The position numbers and the translations under genes were made by a program. Positions 1-14,000 of a stretch of 64,000 nt of DNA are shown here, piece after piece. The notes under the pieces are model-generated. The model did not search any database, had not been told where the DNA came from, and was given only the letters and a program-made list of their open reading frames with translations. The stretch's first letter is position 1. The number at the start of each line of letters is the position of its first letter. Source of the stretch: the human T2T-CHM13v2.0 reference genome, Homo sapiens; the NCBI RefSeq assembly GCF_009914755.1, contig NC_060933.1. One strand, 5' to 3'.

Positions 1-206
1 TACCATTCCATTGCATTCCATTCCATTCCATTCCATTCCATTCCATTCCGGATGATTCCATTCCATTGCATTCCATTCCATTCCATTCCCCTGTACTCGG
101 GTTGATTCCATTCCATTCCATTCCAATCCATGCCATTCCACTCGTGTTGATTCCATTCTTTCCATTCCATTCAAGTTGAATCCATTCCATTACAATCCAT
201 TCCATT

Positions 207-236
207 CGATTCCATTCGATTGCACTCGGGTTGATT
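207..236 (-). other. 30-mer AATCAACCCGAGTGCAATCGAATGGAATCG (minus strand), as recalled from pHuR98/chr9 SatIII primer sequences
   Basis: The plus strand reads CGATTCCATTCGATTGCACTCGGGTTGATT at 207-236, and the motif recurs at e.g. 2037, 13053, 35668 and 62907. The match to the chr9 SatIII probe/primer is from memory and was not checked by a search. Confidence 0.6.
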
Positions 237-2658
237 CCATTCCATTGCATTCCAACCCATTCCATTACATTCCATTCCATTCCATTCCGTTCCATTCCAT
301 TCCATTACATTCGGATTGATTCTTTTCAACTCCTTTACTCTCCATTACATTACATTCCATTCGGGTTGTTCCATTCCATTCCATTCCATTCCACTCCATT
401 CCAATGCACTCCGGTTGATTCCATTCCATTCCATTCCATTCCATTCCGGATGATTCCATTCCATTGCATTCAGTTCCATTACATTCCCCTGCATTCGGGT
501 TGATTCCATTCCATTCCAATCCATTCCATTCGATTCCATTCCATTCCCCTGCACTCGCGTTGATTCCATTCCATGCCATTCCATTCCATTCCATTTCATT
601 CCTTTCCATTCCATTGCATTCCATTCCATTCCATTCCATTCCGTTCCATTCCTTTCCATTCCATTCTATTCGGGTTAATTCCATTCCATTCCATCCGATT
701 GCAATCGAGTTGATTCCATTCCATTCCATTCCATTCCATTCCATTCCATTCCATTCCATTCCATTCCTATCCATTCCATTACGGATGTTTCCATTCCATT
801 GCATTCCATTCCATTCCATTCCATTCCGGATGATTCCATTCCATTGCATTCCGTTCCATTACATTCCCCTGCACTCGGGTTGATTCCATTCCATTCCATT
901 CCATTCCATACCATTCCATTCGATTCCATTCCATTCCAATTCTTCCATTCCATTCTATTCCGTACCTTTCCATTCCATTCCATACAATTCCATTCCATTC
1001 CATTCCATTCCGTTCCGTTCCGTTCCGTTCCGTTCCATTCCATTCCATTCCATTCCGTTCCGTTCCGTTCCGTTCCGTTCCATTCCATTCCATTCCATTC
1101 TATTCGGGTTAATTCCATTCCATTCCATTCCATTCTATTCTATTCCACTCCATTGCAATCGAGTTGAATCCATTGCATTCCATTCCATTCCACTCCATTC
1201 CATTTCGGAAGATTGCATTCCATTGCATTCCATTCCATTCTATTCCCCTGCACTCGCGTTGAATCCATTCCATTCCATTCCATTCCATTCCATTCCTTTC
1301 CGTTCCATTCCATTCCATTCCATTCCATTCCGTTCCATTCCGTTCCGTTCCATTCCATTCCATTCCATTCTATTCGGGTTAATTCCATTCCATTCCATTC
1401 GATTACAATTGAGTTGATGCCATTTCATTCCATTCGATTCCATTCCATTCCATTCCATTCCTTTCCATTCCATTACGGATGATTCCATTCCATTGCATTC
1501 CATTCCATTCCATTCTCCTGTACTCGGGTTGATTCCATTCAATTCCATTCCAATCCATGCCACTCCACTCGTGTTGATTCCATTCTTTCCATTCCATTCA
1601 AGTTGAATCCATTCCATTGCATTCCATTCCATTCGATTCCATTCGATTGCAGTCGGGTTGATTCCATTCCATTGCATTCCATTCCATTCCATTGAATTCC
1701 ATTCCATTCCATTCCGTTCCATTCCATTCCATTCCATTCCTTTCCGTTCCATTCCATTCCATTCCATTCCATTCTTTCGGGTTAATTCCATTCCATTCCA
1801 TTCGATTGCAATCGAGTTGATTCCATTCCATTCCATTCCATTCCTTTCCATTCCATTCCATTCCTTTCCATTCCATTACGGATGATTCCATTCCATTTCA
1901 TTCCATTCCATTCCATTCCCCTGTACTCGGGTTGATTCCATTCCATTCCATTCCAATCCATGCCATTCCACTCGTGTTGATTCCATTCTTTCCATTCCAT
2001 TCAAGTTGAATCCCTTCCATTGCATTCCATTCCATTCGATTCCATTCGATTGCACTCGGGTTGATTCCATTCAATTGCATTCCATTCCATTCCATTCCAT
2101 TCCATTCCATTCCATTCCGTTCCATTCCATTTCATTACATTCAGATTTATTCTATTCAATTCCCTTACACTCCATTATATTCCAATCCATTCTGGTTGTT
2201 TCCATTCCATTCCATTCCATTTCACTCGTGTTGATTCCATTCCTTTCCATTCCATTCGGTTTGAAGCCATTCCATTCCATTCAATTCCACTCCATTCCAT
2301 TCCATTCCATTCCATTCCATTCCATTCCATTCCATTCCATTGTACTCGGGTTGATTCCATTCCATTGCATTCCATTCCATTCCATTCCATTCCGTTCCAT
2401 TCCATTCCATTCCATTACATTCGGATTGATTCTATTCAACTCCGTTACTCTCCATTACATTCCATTCCATTCTGGTTGTTCCATTCCATTCCATTCCATT
2501 CCACTCCATTCCATTGCACTCGGGTTGATTCCATTCCATTCCATTCCATTCCATTCCATTCCATTCCATTCCATTCCGGATGATTCCATTCCATTGCATT
2601 CCGTTCCATTACATTACCCTGAACTCGCGTTGATTCCATTCCATTGCATTCCACTCCA

Positions 2659-3915
2659 TACCATTCCATTGCATTCCATTCCATTCCATTCCATTCCATT
2701 CCATTCCATTCCATTCCATTCCATTCCATTCCATTCCGGATGATTCCATTCCATTGCATTCCATTCCATTCCATTCCCCTGTACTCGGGTTGATTCCATT
2801 CCATTCCATTCCAATCCATGCCATTCCACTCGTGTTGATTCCATTCTTTCCATTCCATTCAAGTTGAATCCATTCCATTACATTCCATTCCATTCGATTC
2901 CATTCGATTGCACTCGGGTTGATTCCATTCCATTGCATTCCATCCCATTCCATTCCATTGCATTCCATTCCATTCCGTTCCATTCCATTCCATTACGTTC
3001 GGATTGATTCTTTTCAACTCCTTTACTCTCCATTACATTACATTCCTTTCGGGTTGTTCCATTCCATTCCATTCCATTCCAATCCATTCCATTGCACTCA
3101 GGTTGATTCCATTCCATTCCATTCCATTCCATTCCGGATGATTCCATTCCATTGCATTCAGTTCCTTTACATTCCCCTGCATTCGGGTTGATTCCATTCC
3201 ATTCCATTCCATTCCATTCCATTCCATTCCTTTCCGTTCCATTCCATTCCATTCCATTCCATTCCGTTCCATTCCGTTCCGTTCCATTCCATTCCATTCC
3301 ATTCTATTCGGGTTAATTCCATTCCATTCCATTCGATTACAATTGAGTTGATGCCATTTCATTCCATTCGATTCCATTCCATTCCATTCCATTCCATTCC
3401 ATTCCTTTCCATTCCATTACGGATGATTCCATTCCATTGCATTCCATTCCATTCTATTCCCCTGTACTCGGGTTGATTCCATTCAATTCCATTCCAATCC
3501 ATGCCACTCCACTCGTGTTGATTCCATTCTTTCCATTCCATTCAAGTTGAATCCATTCCATTGCATTCCATTCCATTCGATTCCATTCGATTGCAGTCGG
3601 GTTGATTCCATTCCATTGCATTCCATTCCATTCCATTCAATTCCATTCCATTCCATTCCGTTCCATTCCATTTCATTACATTCATATTGATTCTATTCAA
3701 TTCCCTTACACTCCATTATATTCCAATCCATTCTGGTTGTTTCCATTCCATTCCATTCCATTTCACTTGTGTTGATTCCATTCCTTTCCATTCCATTCGG
3801 TTTGAAGCCATTCCATTCCATTCAATTCCACTCCATTCCATTCCATTCCATTCCATTCCATTCCATTCCATTCCATTCCATTGTACTCGGGTTGATTCCA
3901 TTCCATTGCATTCCG
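2659..3915 (+). repeat. Internally deleted copy of the 1-2400 region
   Basis: Three collinear segments match earlier sequence. 2659-~3200 matches 1-~510 (offset 2658-2688; ORFs 231..503 and 2919..3191). ~3205-3655 matches ~1270-1720 (GATTACAATTGAGTTGATGCC at 1401 and 3335). ~3655-3915 matches ~2115-2375 (CCAATCCATTCTGGTTGTTTCC at ~2182 and ~3723). Confidence 0.75.
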
Positions 3916-5654
3916 TTCCGTTCCATTCCATTCCATTCTATTCGGGTTAATTCCATTCCATTCCATTCGATTGCAATCGAGTTAATTCCATTCCATTCCA
4001 TTCCATTCCACTCCATTCCATTCCTTTCCATTCCATTACGGATGATTCCATTCCATTGCATTCCATTCCATTCCATTCCCCTGTACTCGGGTTGATTCCA
4101 TTCCATTCCATTCCATTCCATTCCGTAAGATTCCATTCCATTGCATTCCATTCCAATCCATTCCCCTGCACTCACGTTGATTCCATTCCATTCCATTCCA
4201 TTCCATTCCGTTCCGTTCCATTCCGTTCCATTCCATTCCATTCCATTCCGTTCCGTTCCATTCCATTCCATTCCATTCCATTCCTTTCCATTCCATTCCA
4301 TTCCATTCCATTCGGATTCATTCTATTCAATTCCCTTACACTCCATTACATTACATTGCATTCGGGTAGTTTCCATTCCATTCCATTCCATTCCTCTCCA
4401 TTCCATTGCACTCGGGTTGATTCCATTCCATTCCATTCCATTCCATTCCATTCCATTCCGGGTGATTCCATTCCATGGAATTCCATTCCTTTCCATTCCC
4501 CTGCACTTGGGTTGATTCCATTCCATTCCATTCCATTCCATTCCTTTCTGTTCCATTCCATTCCATTCAATTCCATTCCCTTCCATTCTATTCGTGTTAA
4601 TTCCATTCCATTCTATTCCATTCCATTCCATTGAAATCGAGTTGATTCCCTTCCATTCCATTCCATTCCATTCCATTCCGTTCCGTTCCGTTCCGTTCCA
4701 TTCCATTCCATTCCATTCCATTCTATTCGCGTTAATTCCATTCCATTCCACTCGATTGCAATCGAGTTGATTCCATTCCATTCCATTCCATTCCATTCCA
4801 TTCCATTCCATTCCTTTCCATTACATTATGGATGATTCCATTCCATTGCATTCCATTCCATTCCATTCCCTTGTACTCGGGTTGATTCCATTCCATTCCA
4901 TTCCATTCCATGCCATTCCACTCGTGTTGATTCCATTCTTTACATTCCATTCAAGTTGAATCCATTCCATTGCATTCCATTCCATTCGATTCCATTTGAT
5001 TGCAGTCGGGTTGATTCCATTCCATTGCATTCCATTCCATTCCATTCCATTCCATTCCATTCCATTCCATTCCGTTCCATTCCCTTCCATTCCATTCTAT
5101 TCGGGTTAATTCCATTCCATTCCATTCGGTTCCATTCAAATTCCATTCCACTCCATTCCAATCGAGTTGATTCCATTCCATTCCGTTCCATTCCATTCCA
5201 CTCCATTCCAGTCCTTTACATTCCATTCCACTCGGGTTGATTCCATTCTATTCATTTCCATTCCATTCCATTCCATTGCAATCGAGTTGATTCGATTGCT
5301 TTGCATTCCATTCTATTCCATTCCATTCCGGATGATTCCATTCCATTGCATTCCATTCCATTCCATTCCCCTGCACTCGGGTTGATTCCATTCCATTCCA
5401 CTCCATTCCGTTACATTCCATTCCATTCCATTGTATTCGGGTTAATTCCATTCCATTCCATTCCATTCCATTCCATTCCATTCCATTCCATTACAATCGA
5501 GTTGATTCCATTCCATTCCATTCCATTCCATTCCATTCCATTCCATTCCATTCCTTTCCATTCCATTCCACTCGGGTTGATTCCATTCTATTAGTTTCCA
5601 TTCAATTCCATTCCTTTCCATTCCACTCTGGTTGATTCCATTCCTTTCCATTCC

Positions 5655-5690
5655 ACTCGGATACATTCCCTCCTATTCCACTCGGAACGA
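5655..5690 (+). other. Representative landmark island ACTCG(G/A)ATACATTCCCTCCTA(T/A)TCCACT(C/A)GGAAC(G/A); 16 copies counted
   Basis: The ATAC core lies at 5661, 11828, 14985, 20912, 25250, 28447, 34509, 39532, 40900, 42801, 44874, 46780, 50780, 52383, 58550 and 61687. Confidence 0.85.
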
Positions 5691-7840
5691 TTCCATTCCA
5701 TTCCATTCCATTCCAATCCGTTCCATTCCATTCCATTTCGTTCCATTCCATTCTATTCCGTACCATTCCATTCCATTCCATTCCATTCCATTCCACTCGT
5801 GTTGATTCCATTCCTTTCCATTCCATTCGGTTTGAAGCCACTCCATTCCATTCAAATCCACTCCATTCCATTCCATTCCATTCCACTCCATTCCATTGCA
5901 CTCGGGTTGATTCCATTCCATTCAATTCCATTCCATTCCATTCCGGATGATTCCATTCCATTGCATTCCGTTCCATTACATTCCGCTGCACTCGCGTTGA
6001 TTCCATTCCATTCCATTCCATTCCATACCATTCCATTCCTTTCCATTCCATTCCATTCCATTCCATTCCATTCCGGATGATTCCATTCCATTGCATTCCA
6101 TTCCATTCCATTCCCCTCTACTCGGGTTGATTCCATTCCATTCCATTCCACTCCATGCCATTCCACTCGTGTTGATTCCATTATTTCCATTTCATTCAAG
6201 TTGAATCCATTCCATTGCATTCCATTCCATTCGATTCCATTCGATTGCACTCTTGTTGATTCCATTCCATTGCATTCCATCCCATTCCATTCCATTCCAT
6301 TCCGTTCCATTACATTCCATTACATTCGGATTGATTCTTTTCAACTCCCTTACTCTCCATTTCATTCCATTCCATTCGGGTTGTTCCATTCCATTCCATT
6401 CCATTCCACTCCATTCCATTGCACTCAGGTTGATTCCATTCCATTCCATTCCATTCCGGATGATTCCTTTCCATTGCATTCAGTTCCATTACATTCCCCT
6501 GCACTCGGCTTGATTCCATTCCATTCCATTCCATTCCATTCGATTCCATTCCATTCCCCTGCACTCGCGTTGATTCCATTCCATTCCATTCCATTCCATT
6601 CCATTCCATTCCGTTCCATTCCTTTCCGTTCCATTCCATTCCATTCCATTGCATTCCGTTCCGTTCCATTCCATTCCATTCCATTCTATTCGGGTTAATT
6701 CCATTCCATTCCATTCGATTGCAATCGAGTTGATTCCATTCCCTTCCATTCCATTACATTCCATTCCTTTCCATTCCCTTATGGATGATTCCATTCCATT
6801 GCATTCCATTCCATTCCATTCCCCTGTACTCGGGTTGATTCCATTCCATTCCATTCCAATCCATGCCATTCCACTCGTGTTGATTCCATTCTTTCCATTC
6901 CATTCAAGTTGAATCCATTCCTTTCCATTCCATTCCATTCGATTCCATTCCATTGCACTCGGGTTAATTCCATTCCATTCTATTCCATTCCATTCCGGAT
7001 GATTCCATTCCTTTGTATTCCATTCCATTCCATTCCCCTGCACTCAGGTTGATTCCATTCCATTCCATTATATTACATTCCGTTCCATTCCATTCCATTC
7101 CATTCGGATTGATTCTATTCAATTCCCTTACACTCCATTACATTCCATTCCATTCGGGTAGTTTCCATTCCTTTCCATTCCACTCCTCTCTATTCCATTG
7201 CACTCGGGTTGATTCCATTCCATTCCATTCCATTCCATTCCATTCCATTCCATTCCATTCCCTTCCATTGTACTCGGGTTGATTCCATTCCATTCCATTC
7301 CATTCCATTCCATTCCATTCCATTCCATTCCATTCCGTTCCATTCCATTACATTACATTCGGATTGATTCTATTCAACTCCCTTACTCTCCATTACATTC
7401 CATTCCATTCGGGTTGTTCCATTCCATTCCATTCCATTCCACTCCATTCCATTGCACTCGGGTTGGTTCCATTCCATTCCATTCCATTCCGTTCCATTCC
7501 ATTCCATTCCATTCCATCCCGGATGATTCCATTCCATTGCATTCCATTCCATTACATTCCCCTGCACTCCGGTTGATTCCATTCTATTCCATTCGATTCC
7601 ATTCGATTCCATTCCATTCCAATTCGTTCCATTCCAATCTATTCCGTACCATTCCATTAAATTCCATACCATTCCATTCCATTCCATTCCATTCCATACC
7701 ATTCCATTCCATTCCCTTCCATTCCATTCCATTCCATTCTATTCGGGTTAATTCCATTCCATTCCATTCCATTCCATTCTATTCCCTTCCATTGCAATCG
7801 AGTTGAATCCATTGCATTCCATTCCATTCCATTCCATTCC

Positions 7841-7855
7841 ATTCCGGAAGATTCC
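7841..7855. promoter_or_regulatory. Representative perfect three-unit heat-shock element ATTCCGGAAGATTCC (nTTCn-nGAAn-nTTCn); at least 22 such sites in the window
   Basis: Exact match to the HSE consensus of alternating nGAAn pentamers. HSF1 binding to chr9 SatIII is established, but occupancy of this particular site is not shown. Confidence 0.55.
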
Positions 7856-8049
7856 ATTCCATTGCAATCCATTCCATTCCATTCCCCTGCACTCGGGTTG
7901 ATTCCATTCCATTCCATTCCATTCCATTCCATTCCGTTCCGTTCCTTTCCATTCCATTCCATTCCATTCCATGCCATTCCGTTCCGTTCCGTTCCGTTCC
8001 ATTCCATTCCATTCTATTTGGGTTAATTCCATTCCATTCCACTCGATTG

Positions 8050-11000
8050 CAATCGAGTTAATTCCATTCCATTCCATTCCATTCCATTCCATTCCTTTCC
8101 ATTCCATTACGGATGATTCCATTCCATTGCATTACATTCCATTCCATTCCCTTGTACTCGGGTTGATTCCATTCCATTCCATTCCATTCCATTCTATTCC
8201 ATTCCATTACATTCGGATTGATTCTATTCAACTCCCTTACTCTCCATTACATTCCATTCCATTCGCGTTGTTCCATTCCATTCCATTCCATTCCACTCCA
8301 TTCCATTGCACTCGGGTTGATTCCATTCCATTCCATTCCATTCCATTCCGGATGATTCCATTCCATTCCATTCCGTTCCATTCCGTTCCATTCCGTTCCA
8401 TTGCATTCCATTCCATTCTATTCGGGTTAATTCCATTCCATTCCATTGCATTCCATTCTATTCCATTCCATTGCATTCGAGATGAATCCATTGCATTTCA
8501 TTCCATTCCATTCCATTCCGGAAGATTCCATTCCATTGCATTCCATTCCATTCCATTCCCCTGCACTCGCGTTGATTCCATTCCATTCCATTCCATTCCA
8601 TTCCATTCCATTCCGTTCCGTTCCGTTCCGTTCCATTCCATTCCATTCCATTCCATTCCATTCCGTACCGTTCCATTCCATTGCATTCCATTCTGTTCGG
8701 GTTAATTCCATTCCATTCCATTCGATTGCAATCGAGTTGATTCCATTCCATTCCATTCCATTGCATTCCATTCTATTCCTTTCCATTCCATTACGGATGA
8801 TTCCATTCCATTGCATTCCATTCCATTCCATTCCCCTGTACTCGGGTTGATTCCATTCCATTCCATTCCAATCCATGCCATTCCACTCGTGTTGATTCCA
8901 TTCTTTCCATTCCATTCAAGTTGAATCCATTCCATTGCATTCCATTGCATTCGATTCCATTGGATTGCACTCGGGTTGATTCCATTCCATTGCATTCCAT
9001 TCCATTCCATTCCATTCCATTCCGTTCCATTCCATTCCATTACATTCGGATTGATTCTATTCAATTCCCTTACACTTCATTACATTCCATTACATTCGGG
9101 TAGTTTCCATTCCATTCCATTCCATTCCTCTCCATTCCATTGCACTCGGGTTGATTCCATTCCATTGCATTCCATTCCATTCCATTCCATTCCATTCTAT
9201 TCCATTCCATTCCATTCCATTGTACTCAGGTTTATTCCATTCCATTGCATTCCATTCCATTCCATTCCGTTCCATTCCATTCCATTACATTCGGGTTGAT
9301 TCTATTCAACTCCCTTACTCTCCATTACTTTCCATTCCATTCGTGTTGTTCCATTCCATTCCATTCCATTCCACTCCACTCCATTGCACTCGGGTTGATT
9401 CCATTCCATTCCATTCCAATCCATCCCGGATGATTCCATTCCATTGCATTCCGTTCCATTACATTCCCCTGCACTCGGGTTGATTCCATTCCATTCCATT
9501 CCATTCCATTCCATACCTTTCCATTCTATTCCATTCCATTCCAATTCTTTCCATTCCATTCTATTCTGTAGCATTCCATTCCATTCCATACAATTCCATT
9601 CCATTCCATTCCATTCCATTCCATTCCATTCCATTCCGTTCCATTCTGTTCCGTTCCGTTCCGTTCCATTCCATTCCATTCCATTCTATTCGGGTTAATT
9701 CCATTCCATTCCATTCCATTCCATTCCATTCCATTCTATTCCATTCCATTGCAATCCAGTTGAATCCATTGCATTCCATTCCATTCCCTTCCATTCCATT
9801 CCGGAAGATTCCATTCCATTGCATTCCATTCCATTCCATTCCCCTGCACTCGCGTTGATTCCATTCCATTCCATTCCATTCCATTCCATTCCATTCCATT
9901 CCTTTCCGTTCCATTCCATTCCATTCCATTCCATTCCATTCCGTTCCGTTCCATTCCATTCCATTCCATTCTATTCGGGTTAATTCCATTCCATTCCATT
10001 CGATTAAAATCGAGTTGATTCCATTCCATTCCATTCCATTCCATTCCATTCCATTCCTTTCCGTTCCATTACGTATGATTCCATTCCATTGCATTCCATT
10101 CCATTCCATTCCCCTGCACTCGGGTTGATTCCATTCCATTCCACTCCATTCTTTCCGTTCCATTCCATTCCATTCCATTCCTTTCTATTCGTGTTAATTC
10201 CATTCCATTATATTCCATTCCATTCCATTGAAATCGAGTTGATTCCATTCCATTCCATTCCATTCCATTCCATTCCATTCCATTCCATTCCGGATTATTC
10301 CATTCCGTCGCATTCCATTCGATTCCATTCCCCTGCACTCGGGTTGATTCCATTCCATTCCATTCCATTCCATTCCATTCCATTCCATTCCATTCCATTC
10401 TATTTGGGTTAATTCCATTCCATTCCATTCCATTCCATTCCATTCCATTCCATTTCAATAGAGTTGATTCCATTCCATTCCATTCCATTCCAATCGATTT
10501 GATTCCATTCCATTCCATTCCATTCCACTCCATTCCAGTCCTTTCCTTTCCATTCCACTCGGGTTGATTCCATTCTATTCCTTTCCATTCCATTCCATTC
10601 CATTGCAATCGAGTTGATTCTTTTCGAGTTGAATCCATTCCTTTCCATTCCATTCCATTACATTGCACACGGGTCCATTCCATTCCATTCCATTCCATTC
10701 CATTCCATTCCATTCCATTTCATTCCATTCCATTCTATTCCGTACCATTCCATTCCATCCCATTCCATTCCATTCCATTCCATGCCATTACACTCGGGTT
10801 GATTCCATTCCTTTCCATTTCATTCTTGTTGAATCCATTCCATTCCATTCCATTCGATTCCATTCCATTGCACTCGGGTTGATTCCATTCCATTCCATTC
10901 CATTCCATTTCATTCCATTCCATTCCATTACATTCGGATTGATTCTATTCAATTCCCTTACACTCCATTACATTCCATTCCATTCGGGATGTTTCCATTC

Positions 11001-14000
11001 CATTCCATTCCATTCCACTCCATTCCATTGCACTCGGGTTGATTCCATTCCATTCCTTTCCATTCCATTCCATTCCCCTGCACTCGGATTGATTACATTC
11101 CATTCCCTTCACTTCTATTCCTTTCCATTCCATTCCATTCCATTCCATTCCATTGCAATCGAGTTGATTCCATTCCATTCCATTCCATTCCGTTCCAGAT
11201 GATTCCATTCCATTGCATTCCATTCCATTCCATTCCCCTGAACTCGGGTTGATTCCTTTCCATTCCATTCCATTCCATTCCATTCTATTCCATTCCGTTC
11301 CATTCCATTCCATTCCATTCTATTCGGGTTAATTCCATTCCATTCCATTGCATTCCATTCCAATCGAGTTGATTCCGTTCCATTCCATTCCATTCCACTC
11401 CATTCCAGTCCTTTCCATTCCATTCCACTCGGGTTGATTCCATTCTATTCCTTTCCATTCCATTCCATTGCAATCGAGTTGATTCCATTGCATTGCATTC
11501 CATTGCATTCCATTCCATTCCGGATGATTCCATTCCATTGCATTCCTTTCCATTCCATTCCCCTGCACTAGGGTTGATTTCATTCCATTCCACTCCATTC
11601 CGTTCCATTCCATTCCACTGCGTTGTATTCGGGTTAATTCCATTCCATTCCATTCCGTTCCATTAGAATCGAGTTGATTCCATTCCATTCAATTCTATTC
11701 CAATCCATTCCATTCCATTCCTTTCCATTCCATTCCACTCGGGTTGATTCCATTCTATTAGTTTCCATTCCATTCCATTCCCTTCCATTCCACTCTGGTT
11801 GATTCCACTCCTTTCCATTCCACTCGAATACATTCCCTCCTAATCCACTCGGAACAATTCCATTCCATTCCATTGCATTCCATTCCATTTCGTTCCATTC
11901 CATTCTATTCCATACCATTCCATTCCATTCCATTCCATTCCATTCCATTCCATTCCATTCCATTCCACTCGTGTTGATTCCATTCCTTTCCATTCCATTC
12001 GGTTTGAAGCCATTCCATTCAATTCCATTCCATTGCATTCCATTCCATTCCATTCAATTCCATTCCGTTCCATTCCATTCCATTCCATTCGGATTGATTC
12101 TATTCAACTCACTTACTTTCAATTACATTCCATTCCATTCGGATTGATTTTATTCAACTCCCTTACTCTCCATTACATTCCATTCCATTCGGGTTGTTCC
12201 ATTCCTTTCCATTCCATTCCACTCCATTCCATTGCACTCGGGTTGATTCCATTCCATTCCATTCCATTCCATTCCATTCCATTCCATTCTGGATGATTCC
12301 ATTCCATTGCATTCCGTTCTATTACATTTCCCTGCACTCGCGTTGATTCCATTCCATTAAATTCCATTCCATTCGATTCCATTCCATTCCAATTCGTTCC
12401 ATTCCATTCTATTCCGTACCATTCCATTAAATTCCATACCATTCCATTCCATTCCATTCCATTCCATTCCATTCCATTCCGTTCTATTCCGTTCCATTCC
12501 ATTCCATTCCATTCTATTAGGGTTAATTCCATTCCATTCCATTCCATTCCATTCTATTCCATTCCATTGCAATCGAGTTGAATCCATTGCATTCCATTCC
12601 ATTCCATTCCATTCCATTCCATTCCATTCCATTCCGGAAGATTCCATTCCATTGCATTCCATTCCATTCCATTCCCCTGCACTCTCGTTGATTCCATTCC
12701 ATTCCATTCCATTCCATTGCATTCCGTTCCGTTCCGTTCCATTCCATTCCATTCCATTCCATTCCGTTCCGTTCCATTCCATTCCATTCCATTCTATTCG
12801 GATTAATTCCATTCCATTCCATTTGATTGCAATAGAGTTGATTCCATTCCATTCCATTCCATTCCATTCCATTCCATTCCTTTCCATTCCATTACTAATG
12901 ATTCCATTCCATTGCATTCCATTCCATTCCATTCTCCTGTACTCGGGTTGATTCCATTCCATTCCATTCCAATCCATGCCATTCCACTCGTGTTGATTCC
13001 ATTCTTTCCATTCCATTCAGGTTGAATCCATTCCATTGCATTCCATTCCATTCGATTCCATTCGATTGCACTCGGGTTGATTCCATTCCATTGCATTCCA
13101 TTCCATTCCATTCCATTCCATTCCGTTCCATTCCATTCCATTACATTCGGATTGATTCTATTCAATTCCCTTACACTTCATTACATACCATTCCATTCGG
13201 GTAGTTTCCATTCCATTCCATTCCATTCCTCTCCATTCCATTGCACTCGGGTTGATTCCATTCCATTCCATTCCATTCCATTCCCTTCCATTCCATTCCG
13301 TTCCGTTCCATTCCATTCCATTCCATTCTATTCGGGTTAATTCCATTCCATTCCATTCCATTCCATTCCATTCCATTCCATTCCATGCCATTCCACTCGT
13401 GTTGATTCCATTCTTTCCATTCCATTCAAGTTGAATCCATTCCATTGCATTCCATTCCATTCGATTCCATTCGATTGCACTCGTGTTGATTCCATTCCAT
13501 TGCATTCCATTCCATTCCATTCCATTCCATTCCGTTCCGTTCCATTACATTCCATTATATTCGGATTGATTCTATTCAATTCCCTTACACTCCATTACAT
13601 TCCATTCCATTCTGGTAGTTTCCATTCCATTCCATTCCAATCGATTTGATTCCATTCCATTCCATTCCATTCCACTCCATTCCAGTCCTTTCCTTTCCAT
13701 TCCACTGGGGTTGATTCCATTCTATTCCTTTCCATTACATTCCATTCCATTGCAATCGAGTTGATTCCATTCGAGTTGAATCCATTCCATTCCATTCCAT
13801 TACATTACATTGCACACGGGTCCATTCCATTCCATTCCATTCCATTCCATTCCATTCCATTCCATTTCATTCCATTCCATTCTATTCCGTACCATTCCAT
13901 TCCATCCCATTCCATTCCATTCCATTCCATGCCATTACACTCGGGTTGATTCCATTCCTTTCCATTCCATTCTTGTTGAATCCATTCCATTCCATTCCAT

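Noticed and set aside
12517-12525. Telomere-like TTAGGGTTA (also in paralogous subunits)
   Set aside because: It is a single hexamer created by a C>A change in ATTCG-GGTTA, with no tandem telomeric array.
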